DNA from: Minisyncoccota bacterium
GTDB taxonomy: Bacteria > Patescibacteriota > Minisyncoccia > Phycocordibacterales > UBA9973
Reading direction: 5' to 3'
Assembly: GCA_041658325.1 (NCBI GenBank)
Contig: JBBAAI010000002.1
Location: 20,409 to 84,408 of the forward strand
Length of the DNA: 64,000 bases
The notes below the pieces were generated by a model. That model was not told the DNA's origin, searched no databases, and saw nothing but the letters and a program-made list of their open reading frames with translations. Both the position numbers and the translations under genes were made by a program. Positions within the stretch are counted from its first letter, which is position 1; every line of letters starts with the position of its first letter. Of this stretch, positions 8,666-18,460 are shown piece by piece.

Positions 8666-9751
8666 TTATTTTTCCAAGTAAATCAGCGTCATCTTTTGGT
8701 CTTTTGGTTCAAAGAAGGTTATTTGGAAATTGTATTTCTTGCCGAGCTCTAGTTTTTCGCGAAGCGCAGATTCGGAAGTGAATGTGGAATTATGTACAAG
8801 TCCAGCCATGCCTTCTTTGATGGACACAAGCGCGCCGTGTTTGTTGTATTTGATTACTACGCCTTCAATAATATCTCCTTTCTTTAGTTTGCCTTCAAAT
8901 TCTTTCCATGGATTTTCTTTAAGAGCTTTAATGGAAAGAGAAATTTTGCCATCTTTTATTTCAATCACTTTTGCTTTTACTTTATCTCCCACCTTGAACA
9001 TGTTGCGTGGATCTTCCACAAGGCCCCAATCAAGCTCAGAAATATGCACGAGTCCTTCTAACCCAGCTTCTAATTTAAGGAATACGCCGAAATCAACGAT
9101 GCCTGCAACGGTGCAATCTAAATCATCGCCAATAGTATATTTGCTCAAGATCTCCTTTTTCTCTTCAGGATTGTTGTCTTTTTCTGAGAAAATTAATTTG
9201 CCTTCTTTTGGCAGAGTGGAAATAATCATTACGGAAATTTTTTCTCCGACAAGTTTCTTTAGCTCTTTCAAAATTTTATCTTTATCAGAATCTAGAACCC
9301 TAGGATAATGATCCGTTTTGAGCTGAGACGCTGGCAAGAATCCTTGAATACCTTGCCATTCCAAAATAAGACCACCTTTGTTCGCATCTTTTACTTCCAG
9401 ATTAAGAATTACTTTTCCCTTGATTGCTTTTTCGGCTTCACTCCAAGCGAGGGCCTGTTTGGCCTCTTTAAGAGAAAGCTCTGTATAACCGTCTTCATTT
9501 TCTGTCTCAACGACTTTTGCTTTAACGATATCACCGAGACTGATTTTGTTTATTACATCTTTTGCATTAATAAATTCTCGGCCATAAATAATACCAGTAC
9601 CGAAAGGCGCCAAGTCCACATAGACGGAAGATTTTTCTACTAAAATTACCGGACCCTCTACGAGAGAATCCACGGCTGGTCTGTTTGCACTTCGTTCAAC
9701 TATAGAACCTAGTACTAAATTCTCTTCTACTACTATTTCATCTTTATTCAT
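8666..9751 (-). CDS. rpsA: 30S ribosomal protein S1, short four-domain form
   Basis: Repeated S1 motifs (GFLPASQL, FGVF..GLVHISEL, GLVH). Confidence 0.85.
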   Translation of the reverse strand: MNKDEIVVEENLVLGSIVERSANRPAVDSLVEGPVILVEKSSVYVDLAPFGTGIIYGREFINAKDVINKISLGDIVKAKVVETENEDGYTELSLKEAKQALAWSEAEKAIKGKVILNLEVKDANKGGLILEWQGIQGFLPASQLKTDHYPRVLDSDKDKILKELKKLVGEKISVMIISTLPKEGKLIFSEKDNNPEEKKEILSKYTIGDDLDCTVAGIVDFGVFLKLEAGLEGLVHISELDWGLVEDPRNMFKVGDKVKAKVIEIKDGKISLSIKALKENPWKEFEGKLKKGDIIEGVVIKYNKHGALVSIKEGMAGLVHNSTFTSESALREKLELGKKYNFQITFFEPKDQKMTLIYLEK

Positions 9752-9903
9752 AATTAATTAAAAAATCCGCTTGAAAGCGGATATAAGGCTTAGGTTTTCC
9801 GACAACTTGTCAGAAGGTTACCCTAAATCCAGGCTTTTAATAATAAATTAAGTTGTATGAACATACTACTACAAACTCACAAAAATGCAAATGTGGGGTT
9901 TTA

Positions 9904-10425
9904 TTATTCACCACCTCTTAAAAAATTTAAATTACCGTTTCCCCAACCACTATAAGTAGGGCTGGAGCTATTTTCTAGTCGTGTGCCGATGATATAGTTT
10001 CGTTTACTACCTGTCATACATATGGGTACAGTTGGAGTGCTGGGGCAAGGAGAGGGTTTCCATCCTCTGGCGTAGTAATATCCGTATTGTCCTTTAGTGT
10101 TGATTGGGTCGGAGGAAATACTAGCAATATATGGTTTTATATTTAAGTTTGTTAAGGCAGTATATGATCCTTCTGTTGAACACGCGGTAGGAGAAGTATC
10201 AAGAGTACCGCATAACGGGTAATCACCATTATGGTCACTTGCATAAAGTTCAATCGCTATTTGCAGTTGGCTCATATCTTCTGTTCTTTTTGCATCTCTC
10301 CCTCTGCTTCTTGCACCTTGTAGTGAAGTTAACACAATGCTGGACAGAAGACCGATAATAGCAACTACTACTAAAAGTTCTATGAGTGTGAATCCTTTTT
10401 TATTTTTTTTATATATTTTAAACAT
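9904..10425 (-). CDS. Type IV pilin / GspG-like prepilin
   Basis: KKG|FTLIELLVVVAIIGLL N-methylation motif; ARSRGRDAKR..D; DP motif. Confidence 0.9.
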   Translation of the reverse strand: MFKIYKKNKKGFTLIELLVVVAIIGLLSSIVLTSLQGARSRGRDAKRTEDMSQLQIAIELYASDHNGDYPLCGTLDTSPTACSTEGSYTALTNLNIKPYIASISSDPINTKGQYGYYYARGWKPSPCPSTPTVPICMTGSKRNYIIGTRLENSSSPTYSGWGNGNLNFLRGGE

Positions 10426-10426
10426 A

Positions 10427-10729
10427 CTACATATTTATAATTATTTCTGATTCAGGGACTTGAGATGAAGAATTTATTAAATTTTTACCAAAAAACAAAT
10501 ACAACGAGACGGCGATCATGATAATTACAAACCCCAGCAGAATATATTCTGCCTGTCTTTCTTCTTTAACCCCTGACCACTTCATAACCCATCCGACCAT
10601 CTTCGGAGCATCGGGAGTTTTGTTATCAACAGGAGCTTTTTTTATTTGTTCAGCGCTAGATTTCACCTCAAATTCTTCCAGTGCTTTTTTTATTTCCTCA
10701 TCCTCATTTAGATTTAAATTTTCACTCAT
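10427..10729 (-). CDS. Small membrane protein
   Basis: One C-terminal TM; start moved to ATG 10729 (-10 box 6 nt upstream). Confidence 0.7.
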   Translation of the reverse strand: MSENLNLNEDEEIKKALEEFEVKSSAEQIKKAPVDNKTPDAPKMVGWVMKWSGVKEERQAEYILLGFVIIMIAVSLYLFFGKNLINSSSQVPESEIIINM

Positions 10730-10772
10730 AAGAATATTATATAGTAACCCTTTTATATTACTACAAAACAAC

Positions 10773-10781
10773 TGTGGATAA
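10773..10781 (-). promoter_or_regulatory. DnaA box in a divergent promoter region
   Basis: TGTGGATAA, the reverse complement of TTATCCACA. Confidence 0.6.
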
Positions 10782-10836
10782 CATTTTGTCTGCAAAAAAG
10801 ATGTTTTTTATTTTGTTTTTTGGTATAATGCTAATA

Positions 10837-11463
10837 ATGATAATCACATATTTCGGCAAGCAGTTTTTTAAGATACAGCAAGGAGAAATGGTTCTCGCCT
10901 TTAATCCTGTCAGTAAAAGTTCCAAAACTGATATATCTGCTCATTTCGGTACAGATATTGCATTGATAACCACTAATCATCCTGATTACAATGGTATTGA
11001 GCAATTGTCCCATGGTGAACGGGAGCCTTTCGTTGTAAGCGGGCCTGGGGACTATGAAGTGAAGGAGATTTTTATTAAAGGAGCATTGTCTGATGCAGTT
11101 ATGGCGGGTAAAAAATATATTAATACGATGTATATGTTCTCTTTAGATAATATTAATATTGCTTTTCTTGGCGCGTTGTCAGATTCTGAACTTTCTAAAG
11201 AGTCGCGCGAAGCTTTAAATAGTCCAGACATTCTTTTTATCCCCGTTGGCGGAAAGGGTCTTTTGGATGCTAAAGGAGCAGCCAAGCTTGCTTCTTCGCT
11301 TGAACCAAAATTAATTATTCCAATGGATTATGATGAGAGCACGCTGAAGGCATTTTTAAAAGAACTAGGAGAAGAAAAAGCCGAAATGGTAGACAAACTT
11401 ACAATCAAGAGAAAAGATTTAGATAATAAAGAAGGAGAAGTGATAGTGTTACAGGCAGTTTAA
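10837..11463 (+). CDS. Metallo-beta-lactamase-fold protein with degenerate metal site
   Basis: MIITYFG..FKI, GPGDYEV, DILFIPVGG, PKLIIPM; HxHxDH reduced to TNHPDY. Confidence 0.8.
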   Translation: MIITYFGKQFFKIQQGEMVLAFNPVSKSSKTDISAHFGTDIALITTNHPDYNGIEQLSHGEREPFVVSGPGDYEVKEIFIKGALSDAVMAGKKYINTMYMFSLDNINIAFLGALSDSELSKESREALNSPDILFIPVGGKGLLDAKGAAKLASSLEPKLIIPMDYDESTLKAFLKELGEEKAEMVDKLTIKRKDLDNKEGEVIVLQAV

Positions 11464-11476
11464 ATTATATAAAATT

Positions 11477-11707
11477 ATGAAAAAAATAATTCACAGCATT
11501 AGGAAACAACCAGAAGAAGTTCGCAGACATATTTTGCATATTTTTGTTTTAGTATTTGCTGTTATTTTACTTTTATTGTGGGTTTATTCATTAGGGAATA
11601 CTTTAACAAGTTCAGATACTCAATCAAAATTTAATCAAGAGTTAAAACCCCTTTCTGCGTTAAAAGATAATATGATAGGCGGTTACAATAGTATAACAGG
11701 ACAATAA
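11477..11707 (+). CDS. Small single-TM hypothetical protein
   Basis: 76 aa, basic N-terminus then TM. Confidence 0.7.
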   Translation: MKKIIHSIRKQPEEVRRHILHIFVLVFAVILLLLWVYSLGNTLTSSDTQSKFNQELKPLSALKDNMIGGYNSITGQ

Positions 11708-11734
11708 TAATTTTCCCGCCAGAGGCGGACAAGT

Positions 11735-14197
11735 ATGGCAAAAAAATCATCAGAATTAAATGAAGAAGTAATACGAAACGATACAATTCTGCCAGTTGAT
11801 GTGGTGGCAGAGATGAAAGAGTCTTATCTGGCTTATGCAATGTCGGTTATCACTTCACGCGCCTTGCCGGATGTTCGAGACGGGCTAAAACCAGTGCACA
11901 GGAGAATTCTTTTTGCGATGAATGAAATGGGCCTTTCTTCTTCTGCTCGTTTTAGAAAATCAGCTGCAATTGTCGGAGATGTGCTAGGAAAGTATCATCC
12001 ACACGGAGATACAGCCGTTTATGATTCTATGGTTGGAATGGCGCAAGAATTTTCCTATCGCTATCCACTTGTTTTGGGACAAGGGAATTTCGGTTCTATC
12101 GATGGTGACAACGCTGCTGCAATGCGTTATACCGAAGCAAAAATGTCTAAAATCTCAAGCGAATTATTGCGAGATTTAGAAAAAGAAACGGTTGATTTTC
12201 GTCCAAACTATGATCAGACTCGCAAGGAACCGATTGTTTTTCCGTCTGCTGTTCCAGCGCTACTTTTAAATGGTACTCTCGGTATTGCTGTCGGGATGGC
12301 GACGAATATTCCTTCACACAACTTGGCAGAAGTTTTAGATGCGACTAATTATTTAATTGAAAATGACGATGCTACGACGGAAGATCTAATGCAATTTATT
12401 AAGGGACCAGATTTTCCTACAGGTGGAATTGCTTTTGGTTCTAAAGATATGCTTCATGCATATTCTTCTGGACGAGGTGGAGTAGTGTGTCGAGGCGAAG
12501 CAGAAATAGTAGAGCAAAAAGATGGAAACTTTTCTATTATTATTACCTCGATTCCTTTCCGGGTAAATAAATCCAATTTAATAGTAAGTATTGCGGAGTT
12601 AGTTCAAGAGAAAAAATTGGAAGGGATAAAAGGACTTCGTGATGAATCTACTAAAGATATTCGTATTGTTGTTGACTTGAAACCGAGTGCGCATCCAGAA
12701 AAAGTTTTAAATTATATTTACAAAAATACTCAGCTTGAATCAAATTTTAATTTCAACATGGTGGCCTTAGTTGACGGTGTCCCGCAAACTCTATCTCTCA
12801 AATCTATACTTGCTGAATTTATTGGACATAGAAAAGAAGTCGTGAAGCGTAGGTCTGTATATGACCTAAGAAGGGCAGAAGAACGTGAACATATCTTGTT
12901 AGGGCTGAAAAAAGCATTGGATAAAATAGATCGTGTTATCTCTGTTATTCGTGGATCAAAAAATTCCCAAATTGCTAAAGTAAATTTAATGAAAGAATTT
13001 AAATTTTCGGATTTACAGGCGACGGCTATTTTGGAAATGAAATTGGCAAAACTCGCCGGACTTGAACGAAAAGCGGTGGAAGATGAGCTTGCTGAGAAAC
13101 AAAAATTTATTTCAGAGATAAAAGAATTGTTGGCCAGCCCTAAAAAAATCCTTAAAACTATTGCAGAAGAATTAAAGGAAATTCGTGAAAAATATGCCGA
13201 TGAACGAAGAACTAAAATTGTAAAAGGTGGGGTAAAAGAAATTTCTGACGAAGACTTGGTTCCAGAAAAAGATACGATGCTTGTGCTCACGGCTGGTGGA
13301 TATGTAAAATGCACAGATCCCTCTGAGTATCATACACAAAAGAGGGGAGGCGTAGGGGTTATTGATCTAGAAACAAAAGAAGAAGATTTTGTAACAATGC
13401 TTGTTTCTGGCTCTACTCACAGCAACTTACTTTTCTTCACAAATCTAGGAAAAGTTTATCAAATGAAAATGTATGACATTCCAGAAGGTCGCAGGGCGAC
13501 TAAGGGGAAATCCATTATGAATTTCTTGGCACTTTCTGGCGAGGAAAAAGTAAACTCAATTCTTGCAATGCCGAAAGATTTGGGCAAGACATCTTCTTCA
13601 CTTATGTTAGTTACAAAACATGGAACAGCTAAAAAAATGTCTGGAGAGAGTTTTAAAGATGTGCGTCGAAGTGGAATCATCGCCATTCGTTTAGATAAAG
13701 ATGATCAACTTATTTCCGCGTTAGTAACAGAAAAAGGTGATGAAGTTATGATTGCGACAGCGGGAGGCCAATCTATCCGATTTAAAGAATCTGATGTGAG
13801 GGAAATGGGAAGAACTGCTGGAGGGGTGAGTGGTATCAGACTGGGGAAGAATGATGAAGTTATCGGTGTTGATGTTATAAAAAAAATAGGAGAGAAGGGT
13901 TCGTTCCTTACAATGAGCGCAAATGGTTTTGGTAAAAAAACAAATATAAAAGAATATAAAGTTCAGAAACGTGGCGGTTCGGGTGTGAAGACAGCAAAAG
14001 TGACCCCTAAAACTGGTAAACTTATTGTAGCAAAAGTTCTAACAGGAGAAGAAGCAGAATTAATCGCAATGTCTAAAAAGGGACAGGTGATAAGGACGGC
14101 ATTAAAAGATATTTCATCTTTGGGACGTCAAACACAAGGGGTAACTATTATGCGTTTGCGTGGAGGAGATGGTATTGCGTCGTTGGCTTGTATATAA
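11735..14197 (+). CDS. gyrA: DNA gyrase subunit A
   Basis: [29 protein letters not shown], GyrA box QKRGGVG. Confidence 0.99.
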   Translation: MAKKSSELNEEVIRNDTILPVDVVAEMKESYLAYAMSVITSRALPDVRDGLKPVHRRILFAMNEMGLSSSARFRKSAAIVGDVLGKYHPHGDTAVYDSMVGMAQEFSYRYPLVLGQGNFGSIDGDNAAAMRYTEAKMSKISSELLRDLEKETVDFRPNYDQTRKEPIVFPSAVPALLLNGTLGIAVGMATNIPSHNLAEVLDATNYLIENDDATTEDLMQFIKGPDFPTGGIAFGSKDMLHAYSSGRGGVVCRGEAEIVEQKDGNFSIIITSIPFRVNKSNLIVSIAELVQEKKLEGIKGLRDESTKDIRIVVDLKPSAHPEKVLNYIYKNTQLESNFNFNMVALVDGVPQTLSLKSILAEFIGHRKEVVKRRSVYDLRRAEEREHILLGLKKALDKIDRVISVIRGSKNSQIAKVNLMKEFKFSDLQATAILEMKLAKLAGLERKAVEDELAEKQKFISEIKELLASPKKILKTIAEELKEIREKYADERRTKIVKGGVKEISDEDLVPEKDTMLVLTAGGYVKCTDPSEYHTQKRGGVGVIDLETKEEDFVTMLVSGSTHSNLLFFTNLGKVYQMKMYDIPEGRRATKGKSIMNFLALSGEEKVNSILAMPKDLGKTSSSLMLVTKHGTAKKMSGESFKDVRRSGIIAIRLDKDDQLISALVTEKGDEVMIATAGGQSIRFKESDVREMGRTAGGVSGIRLGKNDEVIGVDVIKKIGEKGSFLTMSANGFGKKTNIKEYKVQKRGGSGVKTAKVTPKTGKLIVAKVLTGEEAELIAMSKKGQVIRTALKDISSLGRQTQGVTIMRLRGGDGIASLACI

Positions 14198-14204
14198 TAT
14201 ATAG

Positions 14205-14720
14205 ATGTTCTCTGACCCATTAAAAAATTTAAAAACTTTTGGATTAAGAGAAGACAATGTTGTCGTTGATTTAGGTGCGGGAACTGGATATTATTCTATT
14301 GTGGCAGGATCCCTTGCTACTAAGGGAAAGGTATATGCGGTTGAATTACAAAAAGATTTTTTAGATACGATTAAAAGCAGGGTATCGGAAGCTCATTTAA
14401 ATAATGTTGAAATTATTTGGGGAAATGTTGAAAAAATTGGAGGAACAAAAATAGGGGATGGCATTGCAGATGTTGTCGTTGCTTCTAACATACTTTTTCA
14501 AATCGAAGACAGAGATAAATTTATCGAAGAGGCAAAAAGAATATTAAAACAGAAGGGAAGAGTTCTGTTGATTGATTGGTCTGAATCATCGATCATGCAA
14601 GGAACTAATATTATTTCAAAAGATAAAGCGCGGATAATGTTTGAGAAGAAAGGTTTTATTTTAGAAAGAGAAATTAATGCAGGAGATTACCATTATGGTA
14701 TGATATTAATTAAGAGTTAA
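14205..14720 (+). CDS. Class I SAM-dependent methyltransferase
   Basis: VVDLGAGTG motif I. Confidence 0.9.
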   Translation: MFSDPLKNLKTFGLREDNVVVDLGAGTGYYSIVAGSLATKGKVYAVELQKDFLDTIKSRVSEAHLNNVEIIWGNVEKIGGTKIGDGIADVVVASNILFQIEDRDKFIEEAKRILKQKGRVLLIDWSESSIMQGTNIISKDKARIMFEKKGFILEREINAGDYHYGMILIKS

Positions 14721-14726
14721 TTTAGG

Positions 14727-16013
14727 ATGAAAGGAAATTTTCAAATCATAATTTTAATTGTTTTTATTGTCGCTGCCATTTTTGGTGTTTTAGTCTTTTC
14801 TGGCGCAATCCCGATCGGAAAGACTGAGGGTAGTCTCGGTACTGTTGTTTTATGGGGGACGGCACCCTCTATTACTATATCTTCTGCGCTAAAAGATTTT
14901 AACGAAGCTAATAAGACTTTCAAGGTTAATTATGTAGAAAAATCTGCAGAAACCTTTGATCAAGATTTGCTCGAAGCTTTAGCCACAGGTGTAGGGCCTG
15001 ATATGTTTTTCTTACCTGACAATCTTACTTATCATTATTCTAATAAAATTTTTACTGTTCCTTATACTAGTTATCCATTAGCCACTTTTAAAAATGTTTT
15101 TGCTGGTGCCGGAGAAGTGTTTTTAAATGAAAAAGGTATTTTAGCTTTTCCGATAGCGATTGATCCACTTATGATGTATTACAGTAGAAGTATTCTTGAT
15201 GCGAATGGGATCGTTTATCCTCCGGCTTATTGGAATGACCTGGTAGAAATGGTGCCTACTCTTACTAAAAAAGATGATACAAATAAAATAATAAAAAGTG
15301 CAGTGGCCCTCGGGCATTTTTCGAATGTAGCGCATGCCAAAGACATACTCGCTACTCTTTTTTTACAAGCAGGTAATCCTATCATTACGACAAAAGACGG
15401 AGTTCTTGTTTCAACCTTAGGTTCAGTAGTTGGAAATTACAATCTTCCTTCAATTTTAAAATTTTTTACTGATTTTGCGGATCCCAACAACGCTGTATAT
15501 TCTTGGAATAAATCATTCCCAAATTCCAATGACGCTTTTTCTAAAGAAGATTTAGCGTTTTATTTTGGTTATGCGAGCGAACTTAAATCTTTGGTAAATA
15601 AAAATCCTAATCAAAATTTTTTCGTTGCGGGAATGCCTCAGATAAAGAATGCTAATTTTAAATCAACGGGGGCTCGAGTGATAGGCTTAGCCATATCATC
15701 TTCTTCCAAGAATACTAATACTGCTTTTATCGCAGCGAATTTGATGGTAACTAGCGATTTTGCTTCAAAGTTTGCTTTAGTCTCGGGAGTAGCGCCAGCA
15801 CGGAGAGATCTACTGGCTATTAAACCGGGGGATGCTTCTTCTCCAATTTTTTATAGTTCTGCATTATATGCTAAAGGTTGGCTTGATCCATCACCGAAAG
15901 ATACAGACAATATTTTCAGTAGTATGGTTAATGCCGTGCTTTCCAATAATATGTCAGTAGGAGATGCAATTAAAGACGCAAGTTCTAAACTAAGTCTTTT
16001 ATTATTAAAATAA
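14727..16013 (+). CDS. Membrane-anchored extracellular solute-binding protein (sugar-binding family 1-like)
   Basis: N-terminal TM; LATGVGPDMF, PIAIDPLMMYY, PPAYWNDL motifs. Confidence 0.8.
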   Translation: MKGNFQIIILIVFIVAAIFGVLVFSGAIPIGKTEGSLGTVVLWGTAPSITISSALKDFNEANKTFKVNYVEKSAETFDQDLLEALATGVGPDMFFLPDNLTYHYSNKIFTVPYTSYPLATFKNVFAGAGEVFLNEKGILAFPIAIDPLMMYYSRSILDANGIVYPPAYWNDLVEMVPTLTKKDDTNKIIKSAVALGHFSNVAHAKDILATLFLQAGNPIITTKDGVLVSTLGSVVGNYNLPSILKFFTDFADPNNAVYSWNKSFPNSNDAFSKEDLAFYFGYASELKSLVNKNPNQNFFVAGMPQIKNANFKSTGARVIGLAISSSSKNTNTAFIAANLMVTSDFASKFALVSGVAPARRDLLAIKPGDASSPIFYSSALYAKGWLDPSPKDTDNIFSSMVNAVLSNNMSVGDAIKDASSKLSLLLLK

Positions 16014-16017
16014 AATT

Positions 16018-16443
16018 ATGAAAAAAATCTCAAAATTTTTAATACCTAGTTTAATATTTGTTTCATTATTTCTAATGCTTATAATGCCAGTTTTTTCTTT
16101 TGCGCAAGACGATTCACAATCAGATGGTTTGGTTCCGTGCGGTAGATCAGACGCTAGTGGAAATATCGCTAATCCCTGCGATTTTAATGATATTATGGCA
16201 CTAATCAATAAAGTGATTCACTTTATTCTTTATTTTATGGTCATACCTATCGCAGCGATAATGTTCGCTTATGCTGGCGTTCTTTTGATTACAGCAGGCG
16301 GAGAGGTTGCGCACGCTAGGACAAAAGCAAAATCTATTTTCATTAATGTTCTCATTGGTTTGATTATCGCCATGGCTGCTTTTCTTATCATTAGGACAAT
16401 ATTATCAATTTTAGGTTATGAGGGTGGTTGGATTGGTTTTTAA
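16018..16443 (+). CDS. VirB2/TrbC-like (T4SS-type) pilin
   Basis: Signal peptide ending SFA; Cys pair; TM-TAGG..KAK-TM. Confidence 0.75.
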   Translation: MKKISKFLIPSLIFVSLFLMLIMPVFSFAQDDSQSDGLVPCGRSDASGNIANPCDFNDIMALINKVIHFILYFMVIPIAAIMFAYAGVLLITAGGEVAHARTKAKSIFINVLIGLIIAMAAFLIIRTILSILGYEGGWIGF

Positions 16444-16457
16444 TATAAGATATAATA

Positions 16458-16844
16458 ATGAATATGAAATTTTTTAAGAATAATTGGTATAAGTTAGCCT
16501 TATTACTTCATGCGTTTTTAATTCCTGTTATTTCTTTAGCTCAAGTCACTGGAGGTCCTCCTGTTTCTCCTCCCAGTACGGGCGGAAAACTTGTTAATCC
16601 AATAAACATCGATTCAATTCCAGGTCTCATTCAAACTATCCTAGAAGGACTGCTAAAGATAGGTATACCCATCGTGGCCCTCGCTATCGTTTATTGTGGT
16701 TTCCTTTTTGTTTTCGCTAGAGGCAATTCAGAAAAATTAAGCAAGGCAAAAGAAGCTCTTCTCTACACATTGATCGGGGCAGCAATATTATTAGGATCCT
16801 GGGCTATCGCAAAAATGATATCAGCTACAGTATTAGCATTATAA
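16458..16844 (+). CDS. VirB2/TrbC-like pilin
   Basis: Signal peptide ending SLA; LVNP; ARGNSEKLSKAKEALLYTLIG. Confidence 0.8.
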   Translation: MNMKFFKNNWYKLALLLHAFLIPVISLAQVTGGPPVSPPSTGGKLVNPINIDSIPGLIQTILEGLLKIGIPIVALAIVYCGFLFVFARGNSEKLSKAKEALLYTLIGAAILLGSWAIAKMISATVLAL

Positions 16845-16858
16845 ATAATATTAATAAT

Positions 16859-17536
16859 ATGAAAAAATTATTTAAATTTATTCCAATACTTTTCTTAACA
16901 ATGTTTTTTCCTTTTGTTTCTTTTGCCGCGATCGGAGACTGCACTGGTACAGGTATAGGAAAATTGATATGTCAGGCGCAACAAATTCTTAATTCTATTA
17001 TTCCAGTTTTGATCACTCTGGGTGTAGTCTTTTTTGTTTGGGGAGTGGTGATGTATGTTATTGCTGACGGCGAAGAAGCGAAAAAGAAAGGGAAGGATAG
17101 AATAATTTATGGTGTCATTGGTTTTACGGTTATTGTTGGTTTGTGGGGACTTGTAAATATCGTTGTTGCTACTTTTGGTCTTGAGGGAGCTACTGCGCCC
17201 ACCCTTGCGCCGATAACAGGAACTGGCGCTACTTGTAGCCTTGAAGGTAGTCCAAAATTTCAAGACCTTTTATGCTATGTTACCAAGATCATTAATGATT
17301 CAGTGATTCCTTTGATTTTTGCTTTAGCTACGGTTATGTTTGTGTGGGGGGTGGTGCAATTTTTCATACTTAATGCAGACGAAGAAGCAAAGAGAGCTCA
17401 GGGTAAACAATTTATGATTTGGGGAATTGTCGCTTTGGCTGTAATGCTGTCTGTATGGGGTTTAGTAGGAATACTCGGTAGTACCTTTGGTATTGATAGA
17501 TCTGTGCTTCCACAAGTTAAACCACCAGAAAATTAG
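16859..17536 (+). CDS. Double-domain VirB2/TrbC-like pilin
   Basis: Two WGVV..EEAK..G...G..WGLV units. Confidence 0.75.
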   Translation: MKKLFKFIPILFLTMFFPFVSFAAIGDCTGTGIGKLICQAQQILNSIIPVLITLGVVFFVWGVVMYVIADGEEAKKKGKDRIIYGVIGFTVIVGLWGLVNIVVATFGLEGATAPTLAPITGTGATCSLEGSPKFQDLLCYVTKIINDSVIPLIFALATVMFVWGVVQFFILNADEEAKRAQGKQFMIWGIVALAVMLSVWGLVGILGSTFGIDRSVLPQVKPPEN

Positions 17537-17644
17537 CGCATAAATATGCTTATGATATAATTAGAAAACATTATTAGTTTATTATTATAAGGTCGCCTTT
17601 CCGCTTTTGGCGGAAAAATTATTAGAAAATTAATCGTTTAAATT

Positions 17645-18037
17645 ATGAAAAAGAAATTAGTCGTGTTGTCAGGTTTTGTTTTAGGTTTAGCCCCTGTTGT
17701 CGCGTTAGCACAAGCCGGCAATATCGGTGGTGGTACTAGATGTCAGCCTGGTCCTATTAGGGATTTAGGAGGAATGTTGTGTAAGATTGGGGATCTTCTA
17801 AACGCTGTTGTTCCTATTTTGATCGCCTTGGGAGTGGTTTATTTTATCTGGGGAGTTGTCACTTATGTTATCTCTAGTGACGAAGAAGCAAAAAAAGCCG
17901 GAAGAAATAGAATTATTTACGGTATCATTGGTTTGGCTGTCATCGTTGGTTTGTGGGGACTTGTAAGAATCCTTCAAAATACTTTCGGAATTGATAACGC
18001 TGGTCAAAACATCACTTATCCAACTACACCTTATTAA
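17645..18037 (+). CDS. VirB2/TrbC-like pilin
   Basis: Signal peptide ending ALA; WGVV..DEEAKKAGRNRIIYG..WGLV. Confidence 0.78.
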   Translation: MKKKLVVLSGFVLGLAPVVALAQAGNIGGGTRCQPGPIRDLGGMLCKIGDLLNAVVPILIALGVVYFIWGVVTYVISSDEEAKKAGRNRIIYGIIGLAVIVGLWGLVRILQNTFGIDNAGQNITYPTTPY

Positions 18038-18048
18038 TCTCTAGGAGT

Positions 18049-18384
18049 ATGGATTTATTTTCTACCAAAATAGCTTCTGCGGCGAGTACAAGTCTTAACG
18101 GATTTATAGCGAACGTTGACTCAATGATTATAAATCCACTTATCGGACTTCTATTTGCTTTGGCGGTCGTGTATTTTCTTTATGGTGTTTTTGAGTTCAT
18201 TATGAACCAAGAAAATGAAGAGAAAAAAACAACCGGTAAAAGTCATATGATTTGGGGAATTGTCGGTATTACGATAATGATGGGAGTGTTTATGATTATG
18301 AATATGCTTTTAAATACTCTCGGTATTACTGATATAGAAATAGATTCATCAACTGGGGAAAATTCAGTGAAATTAAATCCCTAA
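18049..18384 (+). CDS. VirB2/TrbC-like pilin
   Basis: YGV..EEKKTTGKSHMIWGIVG, two-TM core. Confidence 0.72.
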   Translation: MDLFSTKIASAASTSLNGFIANVDSMIINPLIGLLFALAVVYFLYGVFEFIMNQENEEKKTTGKSHMIWGIVGITIMMGVFMIMNMLLNTLGITDIEIDSSTGENSVKLNP

Positions 18385-18416
18385 AGTATATATAAAGAAA
18401 ATTGAAGATAAATATT

Positions 18417-18445
18417 AAAAGGGCGACCCATTGGGTCGCCCTTTT
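18417..18445. terminator. Bidirectional terminator
   Basis: AAAAGGGCGACCC-ATT-GGGTCGCCCTTTT. Confidence 0.9.
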
Positions 18446-18460
18446 GCGTGGCCAGCGCGA

